Shown: positions 24,822-35,195, counted from the stretch's first letter. The stretch is 64,000 nucleotides of DNA from Candidatus Aenigmatarchaeota archaeon (GCA_016432325.1 CP066684.1:448001-512000); one strand, 5' to 3'. Notes: generated from the sequence alone by a model not told the origin. Made by a program: numbers and translations.

Positions 24822-27800
24822 ATGGGGTCCAATTACCCAAGGATAGCAATTGCGCTCTTGCTCCTATTTGCATTCGTCGGCATCTATGTACTGGCAGCGC
24901 CTCTTGTTCTCGATGAACAAAGAAGATGCACAGAGGCTTTCGGCAGTGCCTGCTCGGACACAGATTTCAACGACGCGAAGAACATTCCCACAGGCTGCAG
25001 AGGCGATAGAAGCCTCACCGAATCTCAAGACGCGCACGTCCAGGATGCATACATCAATATATCACGAACAGGGAGCACACGAGTTCAGGCAGGAACTATA
25101 TTAAACGCCACATGCGATTTCCGTTTGGTCACCGGGGGAGCTGTGGGCGGCGATTTCGTCAACATATACTACTACAATGGAACCGACTTTGCAACCATAG
25201 CAAGCAGGCGGGGTTCTGATTTCGGTCTAGACGCCGACATTGCCAGAAACTTTTCTGCAGACTTCACCTCGAATTATACGGACGGAGAGCATTTCATCAG
25301 ATGTACGGTCAACCAAATAGCAACGACAAACTTCTGTGCGTCAACGACCGACGGCAGCTACTCGGACAACGACGACGTCAACTTCACCGTATTCGTGCCG
25401 ATAAACAACACGCGCTTCGGGGCGAACGTGACGAACGGCACGAGCCTGACGCGTTTCGTCAGCGCGGCGCCTGAAATCTTCTCCGACTGGAGCAAACGAC
25501 CGGGCACGCTGGCCGTGCTGGAGCACAACGGAACCGGAACGAGGATAAACTACACGGCCACGACGTACGCCAACAACTTCTGGGCCAACCGCACGTTGAA
25601 TGTGACGAACGGCACTGAATTCAGCAACCTTGGCAGAATCGTCTTCAGAATCTTCGTGCAGAATACAACTAACGGGGTGTTGGTAGAGAACAGCACAGAC
25701 ACGTTCGCATACACCCTCTTCGGCCGCTCCAACCTCACGACGATAAGCACGCCTACATATGCGTACGTCAACGGCCCGCAGAATACCGCGTGCCGCGCCA
25801 TCGACAACGACAACTCGACAGCGATTCCGGACTTGACATTCTTTTTCTGGGACAACCGAACGGGCGTCCACACCGCGCAGGGAACGGCGCAGACGAACAG
25901 CACAGGCTGGGCATCGCGCTCGATAAACATGCCGACGACTCCGGGAGTCGTGTCCATCAGGTGCAACGTCACAGACGACGCGGACGTCTTCTATAACGCA
26001 ACGGCGAGCAACGAGCTGAGCCAGGACGTGACTCTCGTGAACCTGACTCTCAACGCTTCGACCGTAACGGGCAACGTCAACTTCGGCTCTGTCGAGACGT
26101 TCCGTTTCGACGTGAGCGGCAACGCCACGACGATAAGCGCGACAGCGAACGTAACGTTCAACAACATAACGGACGCCGGCCCGCGGGAAAAGGTAACGAC
26201 GACAGAAAACATGGTGCTTGTGTCGAGCCCGAACGCAACGTACCACAAGTACGAACTCAACTACACGCCGCCGAGGTCCGGCAATTATACGGTCCTCTTC
26301 TCGGCCACGGCAGGCGCGAGCGACCAGAACAGCACGGCGAACGCGACGCAGACGTTCAACGTCACGTTCGGTTCCGTGGCCGTAGAGTTCGAGAATCCGT
26401 TCCGCGTACTGACGAACCAGACGTTGAACATAACGCTGCGCGTGCGCTCGTTCAACGGCGACGTTTGGAACGTCTCCATAGACACGAATATAACGAACCA
26501 GACGAGGATGAATATAATAGGCAACGGTTCCTTCATCAACGCAAAGTTCAACGTCTCGACTGCCGTGTCGCGTACCCAGAACTACACGGTGATCGTGAAC
26601 TACACGGGCCTCACAAAGATCGTGCTCAACGCAACGCCGACGAACGGAACTGCGAACAACTCCATAATGGGCGCGTTCGAAATAGTCCAGCCGAAGATAG
26701 AGTTCTCCTCCAATCCGATAAACGTCAGCGATTTCATAACCATAAACGCCACAGTGGCGGGCAACGCGTCTCAGGTAACGGCCCTTTACCTCAACATCAG
26801 CAAGGCGTTCGATTCTGGAATAAATGCGAGTGCGCTGGGCGTTTCGATTACGCGCGCGGAGAACGCGACCGCCCTCGGGTTGAGAGGATCGAATGTCTCG
26901 TCGAGCGCCAACGGCGGCTCTGTCTCGTGTTCGCAAGCGGCAACTGAAGGCTCTTGTAACGGCCTCATAGACGGCTCCACGACCACCAACCAATTCCCAG
27001 ACGGAACTGAAATAAACATTACACTCAACTCGTCCGCTGTCGTTGACAAAATCACCATAAGAGGGTTCACCTCCGGCAGGGTCGCGAACTTCTACTATCT
27101 GGATGGAGCCACCTTCAGGAACATATCGGCGATTTCCCTGACAGGCGACGTGGCGACGCACAACGTGACGGCGTTCGACCCGTTCCGCACCAGCACGATA
27201 AAGGTGAACTTTACCGGACCTTCAGGCACGATACCGGTGGCGGAGATAGCGGCGTTCTCGCCGCCGGCCTCGCGTACAGGCACGGAATACGTCTATTCGC
27301 TCGCGTTCCAGAATGCGAATGTCTCGGGCTTCTACAACACGACTGTATACGCCACAGTAGGCGGAGTGAACGTAACGAACACCACAAACTTCACGGTCCG
27401 TTTCGGAACGCCGACGTTTGCGTTCGTTCTTGACCCTTCGGCAAGCGTGGACGAAGGGGACACCATAATTTACAACGTCACCGTCACTGCCGTGAGCGGA
27501 GACGTGCGCGACGTGAACTTAACTCTCAACATACCGAACCTCACCGTCGTGAACCGCTCTTCCACGCAGGACGCCCTCTACAGCAACATCAGCGTGATAT
27601 TCAGCGGAGGCACGAATACGACGTCGTGGAACCTGACCGCGAACAAGTCGGGCTCGACAGTAACGTACGTGACGGCCAACTCGACAACAGGCAGCGGCAC
27701 CCTCACCAACCAGTCCGTGACCGTTACTGTAACGGGACCCGACACGACCCTCCCGATAATCCAGGACTTCAATTTCAACGCGACCTCCAACATCACGAGC

Positions 27801-30800
27801 AATCGCACGAACGTGCGCTCTTCCCTGATAATCTGGGCCAATATCACGGACGACAGGAGCTTGCCTTCCGGCACGTCGGCAACGGCCGGAGGCATTGTCG
27901 AAATCGAATATCCGAACGGAACGCTGACGAACCGAACGATGCAGTGTCACGCCTGCCCGTCGCCGACAAACACAGGCGGCGTCTACAACCTCACTGCCAA
28001 TCTCACCACAGCCGCGGCAAACAGGATAGAACTCGACATAACAGGCAACTACTCGGTTCGCGTCTTCGCGATAGACGTAAGCGGCAACCAGAACGCCACC
28101 TCGACGAAGAATTTCACGGTCGGCACGAACTATACCGTCCGTCTCGTAACGAACCTCCCCACTTACAACAGAGGCGACAACGTGACGTTCCGCGCGTTTG
28201 ACACGAACGGCGTCCGCGTCTCTAACTTCAACATGACCGTGAACGTAACGCGCTACAACAGCACTCTGGAAACGGTTCTGGGAATAACAAACGCCAGCGT
28301 GTCAGAGTTCGCGTACGTGTTTGCGAACAACGACACAGTCGGCAACTGGACGGTCGTCGCGCGCGCAGACAGGCTCAGCAACGAGGGAAACGTGACGTTC
28401 ACGTTCGACCTTTCAAACGAGCTTAATGTGTCAATAATAGATCCGGCAGAGAACACGCAGTACAACACGCAGGCCAAGGTCGTGCCCATAGAGGCCTATG
28501 TGCAGGACAAGAACAGCAACAACCGCACGGACGCGACGACGAACGTAACGGCGAACTGCTTCGGTTCGGACGGTTCCACCAGACGAGACTTCTCCATCGC
28601 GTACGCGGCGGCGCGCCTGAGCTACAGGGCCGCGGATGTCGACAACGCGCCTTGCTTCGCTTCGAGCACCGCAGGCGCCACATTCTCCGTGACCCTGACG
28701 GCCAACGACACGTACAACAACTCCAAGACTGCCACGCTTTCTCTAAAGACCGCGGCGGCGGCCAGCTCTTCGCCTGACAGCACAGGCGGAGGAGGGAGCG
28801 GAGGCACGACAAGCGGAGGCGGCGGAGGGGGCGGAGGTGGTGGCGTAGAAGAGAAAATAATCAAGATAGGCGAGGAGGTACACGAATTTGACTTCGCCGT
28901 AAGTGAAGCTTCTGTAACTTTGAAACAGGGAGAAGAAACGCCACTGACAGCCAACATAGCCAACAAGGGCAACGTGCCGCTCAAGGTTTCAATAAGCATA
29001 GACAAAGAGTGCTGCCAGATAAGCGCGATAGACTATGCGGAGGTAGGCGCAGGAGAGGCCGTTCCGTTCAGGATAGACGTTCGCGTTCCCTTGAACACCG
29101 ACATGGGGGCGTATCTGGTCACTCTGACCGCAACTGACGCAGAAACCGATAAGAAGAACGCTCAGTCGTTCAAGATAATCGTCGAAAAGAGCGATCTGGT
29201 GCTGAAGATAGAACAGCTGAACCAGGCGGTCGGAGAGCTGAACGACGAGGTGCGAAGATATAGGACGCTCGGCCTCGACCCGTCTGCTCTCGAACAGAAA
29301 CTGGCAGGCGCGCAGGACAGCCTCAACAGCGCGTTGCAAGCCGTGCAGAACGACGACGAAGCGTCTCTGGAAGCCAGCGTTCGGCTTGCGTCCGAACAGG
29401 TCGGCGACGTCGGCATCAGCATAATCGGCCTGCGCATCCAGGCATTCCTCGAAGAAAACAAGGAAGCGATTGCCGGCGGAGCCGTGTTCGTGCTCCTCAT
29501 GTGGTATGTCGTGTCGCAGATAGCGCTCCCTTACAGGCAGCTCAACGTTACGCTCAAGGAACTGAAGAAGCAGGAGTCTTCGTTCGTAGAAGCGCGCGTG
29601 CAGGCCGAGCACCAGTACTTCAAGAGAATGATAGACGAGGCTACGTTCCGCCAGATAATGTTCCGCGAGCAGGACAAGGTCGTGTCGTCGCGCGCCAAGA
29701 TAAAGAGGGCCGAGGAAGAGCTGCATTCGCTGGTGCGGCAGAAGCTTAGTCCGACAGTATTCGTGATGTTCTACGTTGGCGTGGCGCGCAGCCTCCCTTC
29801 GAATGTCCGTACGTTCACAACGAACATGCAAGCCAGACTTTCTGGGAAGCAAGTGAAGCCTCAATCCAAACCTGTTGCGAAGCCCGCTTTCTTGCCCAGA
29901 CCGATTGTCGCACCTAAACCCATCGTGCCGGCGAAGCTTGCGATACCGGTCAGGACAGGCTGGCTGTCAACATTGTTGAAATCAAAGCCGTCTGCTCCTG
30001 CAGTCTCAAAACCTGCGACGCCTCTTGTAGCCGTGCCTAAACCAATCGCGCCGGCTAAACCCGTCGCGCCTGCAAAACCGGGTTGGCTGTCCGCGATGTT
30101 TAAAGCAAAGCCCGCTCCAATGGCTCCGAAGCCGACGGTACTTATCAAAGCGCCCGTTTCTTCCAAGCCCGGATTGCTTGCAGGGCTGCTGAAGCCGAGG
30201 CCAGTGACGCCTAAACCAATTCCCTCAGCGCCGAAGCCTGCGGCGCCTGCCCGGCAGACCGAGCCTTTCAGGCTGTTCAAGCCGAGACCTCTGGTAGCCA
30301 AACCGTTGACACAGCCTAAGCCGCTGTTTGACATGTCAAGGGTCATCGCCGCAATGCACGTGCGCGCCGCGAAACCGGCACCAAGGCCCGCGATTCCCGT
30401 AATCAAACCTGTGACCAAACCGCTGATCGTTCCGACGCGATTCGTCTTCAAGCTTCCGGCGCTCGAACTGTTCGCCAAGCGTCCCTCAAAACCGCAGGTT
30501 TTTGTACCTAAGCCCGCAGTCAAACCGTTACTGAAACCGTTGTTGGGCAAGCCGTTGTTCACATTCGCGGGTAAAGCGCCTGCTCCGGTTAAGCCGCCTG
30601 TTGTGACGCTGAAACCGACCTATGCCTTACCGAAACCAGCCGCAACGCCGCTAGTGAAGTTAAGCCGCACGTCGGTTTTGCAGAAACTGGGTCCCTTCGG
30701 CAGATGGCTCGACGATGCGAGACGCAGAGCAGAGATGCGCGCACTTGAAGGCCGCACGAAAAGAACGCTCCAAAAGCTGGACAAGATGAAGAAACCCGAA

Positions 30801-30827
30801 CCCGAGGAGGACTCGGGAGCGCTATGA
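24822..30827 (+). CDS. Giant cell-surface glycoprotein/adhesin with a TM anchor and long cytoplasmic tail
   Basis: Signal peptide, very dense N-x-S/T sequons, Ig-like repeats, poly-Gly linker, coiled coil, TM, Pro/Lys-rich tail. Confidence 0.9.
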   Translation: MGSNYPRIAIALLLLFAFVGIYVLAAPLVLDEQRRCTEAFGSACSDTDFNDAKNIPTGCRGDRSLTESQDAHVQDAYINISRTGSTRVQAGTILNATCDFRLVTGGAVGGDFVNIYYYNGTDFATIASRRGSDFGLDADIARNFSADFTSNYTDGEHFIRCTVNQIATTNFCASTTDGSYSDNDDVNFTVFVPINNTRFGANVTNGTSLTRFVSAAPEIFSDWSKRPGTLAVLEHNGTGTRINYTATTYANNFWANRTLNVTNGTEFSNLGRIVFRIFVQNTTNGVLVENSTDTFAYTLFGRSNLTTISTPTYAYVNGPQNTACRAIDNDNSTAIPDLTFFFWDNRTGVHTAQGTAQTNSTGWASRSINMPTTPGVVSIRCNVTDDADVFYNATASNELSQDVTLVNLTLNASTVTGNVNFGSVETFRFDVSGNATTISATANVTFNNITDAGPREKVTTTENMVLVSSPNATYHKYELNYTPPRSGNYTVLFSATAGASDQNSTANATQTFNVTFGSVAVEFENPFRVLTNQTLNITLRVRSFNGDVWNVSIDTNITNQTRMNIIGNGSFINAKFNVSTAVSRTQNYTVIVNYTGLTKIVLNATPTNGTANNSIMGAFEIVQPKIEFSSNPINVSDFITINATVAGNASQVTALYLNISKAFDSGINASALGVSITRAENATALGLRGSNVSSSANGGSVSCSQAATEGSCNGLIDGSTTTNQFPDGTEINITLNSSAVVDKITIRGFTSGRVANFYYLDGATFRNISAISLTGDVATHNVTAFDPFRTSTIKVNFTGPSGTIPVAEIAAFSPPASRTGTEYVYSLAFQNANVSGFYNTTVYATVGGVNVTNTTNFTVRFGTPTFAFVLDPSASVDEGDTIIYNVTVTAVSGDVRDVNLTLNIPNLTVVNRSSTQDALYSNISVIFSGGTNTTSWNLTANKSGSTVTYVTANSTTGSGTLTNQSVTVTVTGPDTTLPIIQDFNFNATSNITSNRTNVRSSLIIWANITDDRSLPSGTSATAGGIVEIEYPNGTLTNRTMQCHACPSPTNTGGVYNLTANLTTAAANRIELDITGNYSVRVFAIDVSGNQNATSTKNFTVGTNYTVRLVTNLPTYNRGDNVTFRAFDTNGVRVSNFNMTVNVTRYNSTLETVLGITNASVSEFAYVFANNDTVGNWTVVARADRLSNEGNVTFTFDLSNELNVSIIDPAENTQYNTQAKVVPIEAYVQDKNSNNRTDATTNVTANCFGSDGSTRRDFSIAYAAARLSYRAADVDNAPCFASSTAGATFSVTLTANDTYNNSKTATLSLKTAAAASSSPDSTGGGGSGGTTSGGGGGGGGGGVEEKIIKIGEEVHEFDFAVSEASVTLKQGEETPLTANIANKGNVPLKVSISIDKECCQISAIDYAEVGAGEAVPFRIDVRVPLNTDMGAYLVTLTATDAETDKKNAQSFKIIVEKSDLVLKIEQLNQAVGELNDEVRRYRTLGLDPSALEQKLAGAQDSLNSALQAVQNDDEASLEASVRLASEQVGDVGISIIGLRIQAFLEENKEAIAGGAVFVLLMWYVVSQIALPYRQLNVTLKELKKQESSFVEARVQAEHQYFKRMIDEATFRQIMFREQDKVVSSRAKIKRAEEELHSLVRQKLSPTVFVMFYVGVARSLPSNVRTFTTNMQARLSGKQVKPQSKPVAKPAFLPRPIVAPKPIVPAKLAIPVRTGWLSTLLKSKPSAPAVSKPATPLVAVPKPIAPAKPVAPAKPGWLSAMFKAKPAPMAPKPTVLIKAPVSSKPGLLAGLLKPRPVTPKPIPSAPKPAAPARQTEPFRLFKPRPLVAKPLTQPKPLFDMSRVIAAMHVRAAKPAPRPAIPVIKPVTKPLIVPTRFVFKLPALELFAKRPSKPQVFVPKPAVKPLLKPLLGKPLFTFAGKAPAPVKPPVVTLKPTYALPKPAATPLVKLSRTSVLQKLGPFGRWLDDARRRAEMRALEGRTKRTLQKLDKMKKPEPEEDSGAL

Positions 30828-30910
30828 TTCGTAGACTACGCCTAAAGCGGCGATATTAAAACCTCACGGCCGGCGGGAGAGGTTTTATATTGGGCGCGCG
30901 CAAGGTAAGC

Positions 30911-31630
30911 ATGGCCGAACGAATAACTTCCGGCGTCATCGGATTGGACGAAAAGATAGGTGGCGGTTTCGTAAAGGGTTCTGTAAATCTCATAACGGGA
31001 AAAACAGGTACGGGCAAGACCGCCTTCTGCGCGGCGTTTCTCTACGCAGGAGCCCAGAACGGCGAGCCCGGCGTCTACATCACGACAGAAGAGAGCGTCG
31101 ACGACATCAGGGCCGACGTCACCGAGATGTTCGGCTGGGATCTGGAAAGCCTGGAGAAGAAGAAGGCCGTCAAGATAATTTCCCTGAAACCGATATTCCC
31201 CACAAAGGCAGCGGAGGACCTGAATCGCCTCATTCGCGCGTACATATCGAACCTTCTCGACGACATCGTGCAGGCCGTGAAGGACACGAAAGCCAAGCGG
31301 CTCATCATAGACTCCGAATCCATGATAGAGCTTTTCGTGCAGGACGAATATCTGGCGAAGGTCGCGCTTATGTCGATGATAGAAAAGATAAAGGAGACGG
31401 GGGTTACGGCAATAATAACAGGGACGATACCCGAGGAGTCCGAGGGCCTGAGCGGCTCCGGCGTGGTGGAGTTCATCGTCGACACCGTGATAAAGCTGGA
31501 CTTTGTCCCCGTGGCCGAGGAGTACAAGCGCACGCTCACCGTGCGCAAGATGAGGCGCACCGATCATTCGACGCTGATACATCCGTTCACCCTGGGCAAG
31601 CAGGGAGTGCAGGTGGTGGAGATTGAGTAG
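30911..31630 (+). CDS. KaiC-like RecA-superfamily ATPase (single domain)
   Basis: GKTGTGKT, ITTEE, IIDS, VRKMRRT. Confidence 0.93.
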   Translation: MAERITSGVIGLDEKIGGGFVKGSVNLITGKTGTGKTAFCAAFLYAGAQNGEPGVYITTEESVDDIRADVTEMFGWDLESLEKKKAVKIISLKPIFPTKAAEDLNRLIRAYISNLLDDIVQAVKDTKAKRLIIDSESMIELFVQDEYLAKVALMSMIEKIKETGVTAIITGTIPEESEGLSGSGVVEFIVDTVIKLDFVPVAEEYKRTLTVRKMRRTDHSTLIHPFTLGKQGVQVVEIE

Positions 31631-31659
31631 GATATGAGAACGGGGAAGAGTGCGGAGTT

Positions 31660-32343
31660 CTAGAGCGCGCTCGGCTTGACGACGATCCCTTTGTCCGTAA
31701 TCTCCATGGGGAACGCGCCCTTCTTCTGGTTCGTGCGCCGCATCTTCTTCACTTCGAGTTGCCGATACGCACCATCGCCGGCCCCGATGTAGAAGAGGCG
31801 AATGACGCCGTCCGCGACGTACTCCTCAACGCCGAAGCGGGACGCTTTCACGTCCTCGGGCATCTCGCCCGTAAGTATCGCTGTGACGCCAGTGGACTTC
31901 AACGCCTGTATCAATTTGTACAACTGCTTGCGCACCTCGTGCTCGTCCTTGAAGTAGAGGCCGAGAACGCTCGTCGAATCGATAGCAACGCGCGTGACTT
32001 TGTACGCGACAATCTCCTCCTGCATCAGTGTCGTGATATCCGTGGTCTGGAACGGATCCCTGTACTCGAGGATGAGCTTGCGCTTTTTGATGTAATCGGT
32101 CAGGTCCCAGCCGAAGACTGCCGCATCGTCCATTATGTCCTGCGGAGTCTCTTCGAACGTGATGAACATGCAGTTCTCGCCGTTCTTCAGGCCTTCCATG
32201 ATGAACTGCGTGCAGAATATCGTCTTTCCCGTGCCTGCATCGCCCAGGATCATTGTCGCCGAGCCCTTGACGACGCCTCCTTCTATGAGCTTGTCCAGAC
32301 CGGTCAGGCCTGTCGAGACGCGTTCTATGTTGTTCTTTGGCAT
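31660..32343 (-). CDS. KaiC-like RecA-superfamily ATPase (single domain)
   Basis: GDAGTGKT, ITFEE, AIDS, EEYVADGVI, KKMRRT. Confidence 0.93.
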   Translation of the reverse strand: MPKNNIERVSTGLTGLDKLIEGGVVKGSATMILGDAGTGKTIFCTQFIMEGLKNGENCMFITFEETPQDIMDDAAVFGWDLTDYIKKRKLILEYRDPFQTTDITTLMQEEIVAYKVTRVAIDSTSVLGLYFKDEHEVRKQLYKLIQALKSTGVTAILTGEMPEDVKASRFGVEEYVADGVIRLFYIGAGDGAYRQLEVKKMRRTNQKKGAFPMEITDKGIVVKPSAL

Positions 32344-32447
32344 TTACGGGTCGCCTCTTCGATCAGCTGAGTTGTAAAGCATCCAACCACGAACCTTATT
32401 TAAAGTTGCGGCTTATAAATATCGTTAAATTCTGGCAGGCCTGAAAC

Positions 32448-33545
32448 GTGTATTATAAGGATGCGGGATTAACAGCGGGTGGGGATGTGGTGGCAGGAGT
32501 CGACGCCGACGCAAAACTTACTGAAGCGCGAAAGAACGAACACCTCAAGGTCGTCGCCGAGAACAAAGTAGAATGGGGAGAGACATGGCTCGACGACGTC
32601 GTGCTCGTGCACCAGACCATGCCTGAAATCAACCTCGACGACGTCGATACGTCCGTCACATTCTTGGGGCACGCGTACGCGCTTCCTCTCAACATATCCG
32701 GAATGACAGGCGGAACCGCCGCAGCGAAGCAGATAAACCGCGGGCTCGCGGAAGCCGCGCAGCGTGCGGGGGTCTCAATGGGCGTCGGCTCACAGAGGGC
32801 GATGATATCGAACCCCGCCCTTCTCGATACGTACGCCGTGCGCGATGTAGCGCCTGACATCCTGCTTTTCGCAAATATCGGAATCTCGCACGTAAAGAAG
32901 TATTCGCCGGAACAGATACGCGCCGCTGTTGAGGCGATAGGCGCGAACGTCCTTTGCGTGCACCTCAATCCGGCGCAGGAGATTTTCCAGAACGAGGGCG
33001 ACTGGGACTTCAGCGGCGCGGCCGACGCCTTGAAGACTTTCTGCGAAAATGTGGGCTATCCCGTCGTCGCGAAGGAGGTGGGCCACGGAATATCCATGGA
33101 AAGCGCGAAGATTGTCAAGGAATGCGGCGTCGTGGCGATAGACGTCCAGGGCAGCGGAGGCACGAGCTGGGCTTACATAGATTCGCTCCGCTCTGGAAAA
33201 GACGCCACCAACTTCAAGGCGTGGGGCGTTCCTACCGCGGCGGCGATATTGGAATGCAAGGGACTCGGTCTTCCGGTCATAGGTTCAGGCGGCGTACGCA
33301 GCGGCACGGACATCGCCAAATGCATAGCCCTCGGGGCCGATATGACAGGAATCGCGCTCCCGATGCTCAAGGCCGTCAACGCCGGCGGTCCGGAAGCTGT
33401 CGTACTGTATATAGAGAAGCTGAAGACCGAACTTAGATACGCGATGTTCCTTACCGGCTCGCGCAACATCGAGGAACTCAAGAAGGCGCGTTACGTCCTT
33501 ACGGGCCGTCTGGCCGACTGGGCCAAGCAGAGAGGGCTTCTGTAG
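32448..33545 (+). CDS. fni: Type 2 isopentenyl-diphosphate isomerase (FMN-dependent)
   Basis: RKNEHL, SGMTGG, GVGSQR, HLNPAQE, KEVGHG, GGTSW. True start may be a few codons downstream. Confidence 0.96.
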   Translation: MYYKDAGLTAGGDVVAGVDADAKLTEARKNEHLKVVAENKVEWGETWLDDVVLVHQTMPEINLDDVDTSVTFLGHAYALPLNISGMTGGTAAAKQINRGLAEAAQRAGVSMGVGSQRAMISNPALLDTYAVRDVAPDILLFANIGISHVKKYSPEQIRAAVEAIGANVLCVHLNPAQEIFQNEGDWDFSGAADALKTFCENVGYPVVAKEVGHGISMESAKIVKECGVVAIDVQGSGGTSWAYIDSLRSGKDATNFKAWGVPTAAAILECKGLGLPVIGSGGVRSGTDIAKCIALGADMTGIALPMLKAVNAGGPEAVVLYIEKLKTELRYAMFLTGSRNIEELKKARYVLTGRLADWAKQRGLL

Positions 33546-33568
33546 CGTATTTAAACGTGAGGCATGAA

Positions 33569-33641
33569 GTGATGGTATGGCACAAGAAGTCTTGAAACAG
33601 CTGTTTCAAACTTCCTTACGGTGATGATATGGCACAAGAAG
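33569..33641. repeat. 21-bp direct repeat (1 mismatch) around an 18-bp perfect palindrome
   Basis: gtgatg(g/a)tatggcacaagaag at 33569 and 33621. ttgaaacagctgtttcaa at 33592-33609. Confidence 0.85.
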
Positions 33642-33799
33642 AAGAAAATCGCAGGATGCCGGCAGGAATGGCCGGTCTCACGACGTATACCGATGTCAAT
33701 CCCAACAAGATAAAGCTCAAGCCCGAATACGTCGTGGGCATAGTCGCGGCTCTCGTTCTCGCAGAACTGGTTCTTTACATGAGCGTCGTGCCCATCTGA
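33629..33799 (+). CDS. secG: Preprotein translocase subunit Sec61beta
   Basis: Not in the ORF track. MAQEEENRRMPAGMAGLTTYTDVNPNKIKLKPEYVVGIVAALVLAELVLYMSVVPI has the AGL..Y...IKL.P + TM signature. Confidence 0.9.
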   Translation: MAQEEENRRMPAGMAGLTTYTDVNPNKIKLKPEYVVGIVAALVLAELVLYMSVVPI

Positions 33800-33855
33800 C
33801 CGCCGCGCAACACGATATTTATAGGCGTCGCCATTAACACTTCTTCGGTGGAACC

Positions 33856-34746
33856 TTGGCAGAACTGGACATGAAAAAGGTCAAGAACGAAATAGCGAAA
33901 AAGCTCAAGGCCGGGGATATCGAACCGCACGAAGCGCAGATTCTTGAGCAAAGGGCGCCGGCCGCGCACGCCATCGCAAGCGTACCTGCGAAGGGCGGTC
34001 ATGCGGCGAAGAGCTACGTCAAGACAGGCGTGCCCGGATTCGACGCACTGTTCGAAAAAGGCATTCCAAAGGGTTCCACCATACTCATGGCAGGCGGCGC
34101 GGGCTCAGGCAAAACCATATTCTGCCTGCAGATGGCGGTTTATCAGGCAACCCACGGGAAGAAATGTTTCTACATGAGCTTCGAGGAGAATGAGGAGCAC
34201 CTGATGGAGCACATGAGGGACTTCGGCTGGGATCCGGAAGCGCTCATCGACTCCGGAATGCTCAGGATAAAGAAGTTCTCGCCGCTGGAAGTCGGAGAGC
34301 GGATGGGAGCCGTGTTGGCCCGCGAGCGCGGGTCGGTTCCTGTCGAGCTGGCGCCGATGATCCTCGGAGAGGGGTTCGAGCCCGATTTCATAGTCCTTGA
34401 TTCGCTCTCTGCCGTGGCCTCGGCGTTCCCGGGAAAGGACGGTTACTACAGAATCTACATAGAGCAGCTCTTCGATTTCTTTGAGAGTCTGGGCAGCACG
34501 ACGTTCCTGATAGCGGAGACCACGCAGGTGCCTGAGATATTCTCGCCGACGGGCATAGAAGAGTTCCTGGCCGACGGGGTCATCGTGCTCTACAACATCA
34601 AGCGCGGCGACACGAGAGAGAGCGCCGTGGAGGTCCTGAAGATGCGGGGCTCGAAACACGAAAAGAAGATAGTGGCGATGCAGATAACGGACCGCGGCAT
34701 CAACGTCTATCCCGAACAGCAGATATTCGGCGACATCAAGGGCTAG
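33856..34746 (+). CDS. KaiC-like ATPase with an N-terminal extension
   Basis: GGAGSGKT, MSFEE, VLDS, EEFLADGVI, LKMRG. Confidence 0.93.
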   Translation: MAELDMKKVKNEIAKKLKAGDIEPHEAQILEQRAPAAHAIASVPAKGGHAAKSYVKTGVPGFDALFEKGIPKGSTILMAGGAGSGKTIFCLQMAVYQATHGKKCFYMSFEENEEHLMEHMRDFGWDPEALIDSGMLRIKKFSPLEVGERMGAVLARERGSVPVELAPMILGEGFEPDFIVLDSLSAVASAFPGKDGYYRIYIEQLFDFFESLGSTTFLIAETTQVPEIFSPTGIEEFLADGVIVLYNIKRGDTRESAVEVLKMRGSKHEKKIVAMQITDRGINVYPEQQIFGDIKG

Positions 34747-35195
34747 ACCGTTCCGGACAGCGTGCCTGTGCTGTTGAACAGCGTGGCCGAACTGATTTTC
34801 GTGTAGTAGAACTCTATCGATACGTCGTATGCGTACGTGCCTCCAGACAGCGCCAGAGGCACGGCGACGTTTATGAAGTCCGTCGTCTTGCCCGGACCCA
34901 CGCTGAGAGACACGTTCGTTCTGTTGGCCAGATTTCCGTCTGCGGTCCTCGCGTAGATTGCCGTCACTGTCACGGGGTCGGCCAGCCTGTTGTGCAGCTG
35001 CACCTGCAGGTCTCCTGACGTGGAGTTCAAGCCGAATCTCGGTATGTCTATCTCCGAGAAACCGGTCTTGCCCTTGGTGATGAGGCCCGATGGGGCAGCC
35101 ATTGTGAACAGCACCACTCCAAGGATTATGAGCACCAGCAGGGCCCAGCCGTATGTGGTTATGTACTCGAGAGCAGCCTGACCGCGGGAGTTCAT
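34743..35195 (-). CDS. Type IV pilin (class III signal peptide)
   Basis: RG/QAALEYITTYGWALLV. Confidence 0.9.
   Translation of the reverse strand: MNSRGQAALEYITTYGWALLVLIILGVVLFTMAAPSGLITKGKTGFSEIDIPRFGLNSTSGDLQVQLHNRLADPVTVTAIYARTADGNLANRTNVSLSVGPGKTTDFINVAVPLALSGGTYAYDVSIEFYYTKISSATLFNSTGTLSGTV

Noticed and set aside
30911-34746. Circadian clock
   Set aside because: Single-domain KaiC-like proteins without kaiA or kaiB are common archaeal regulators.
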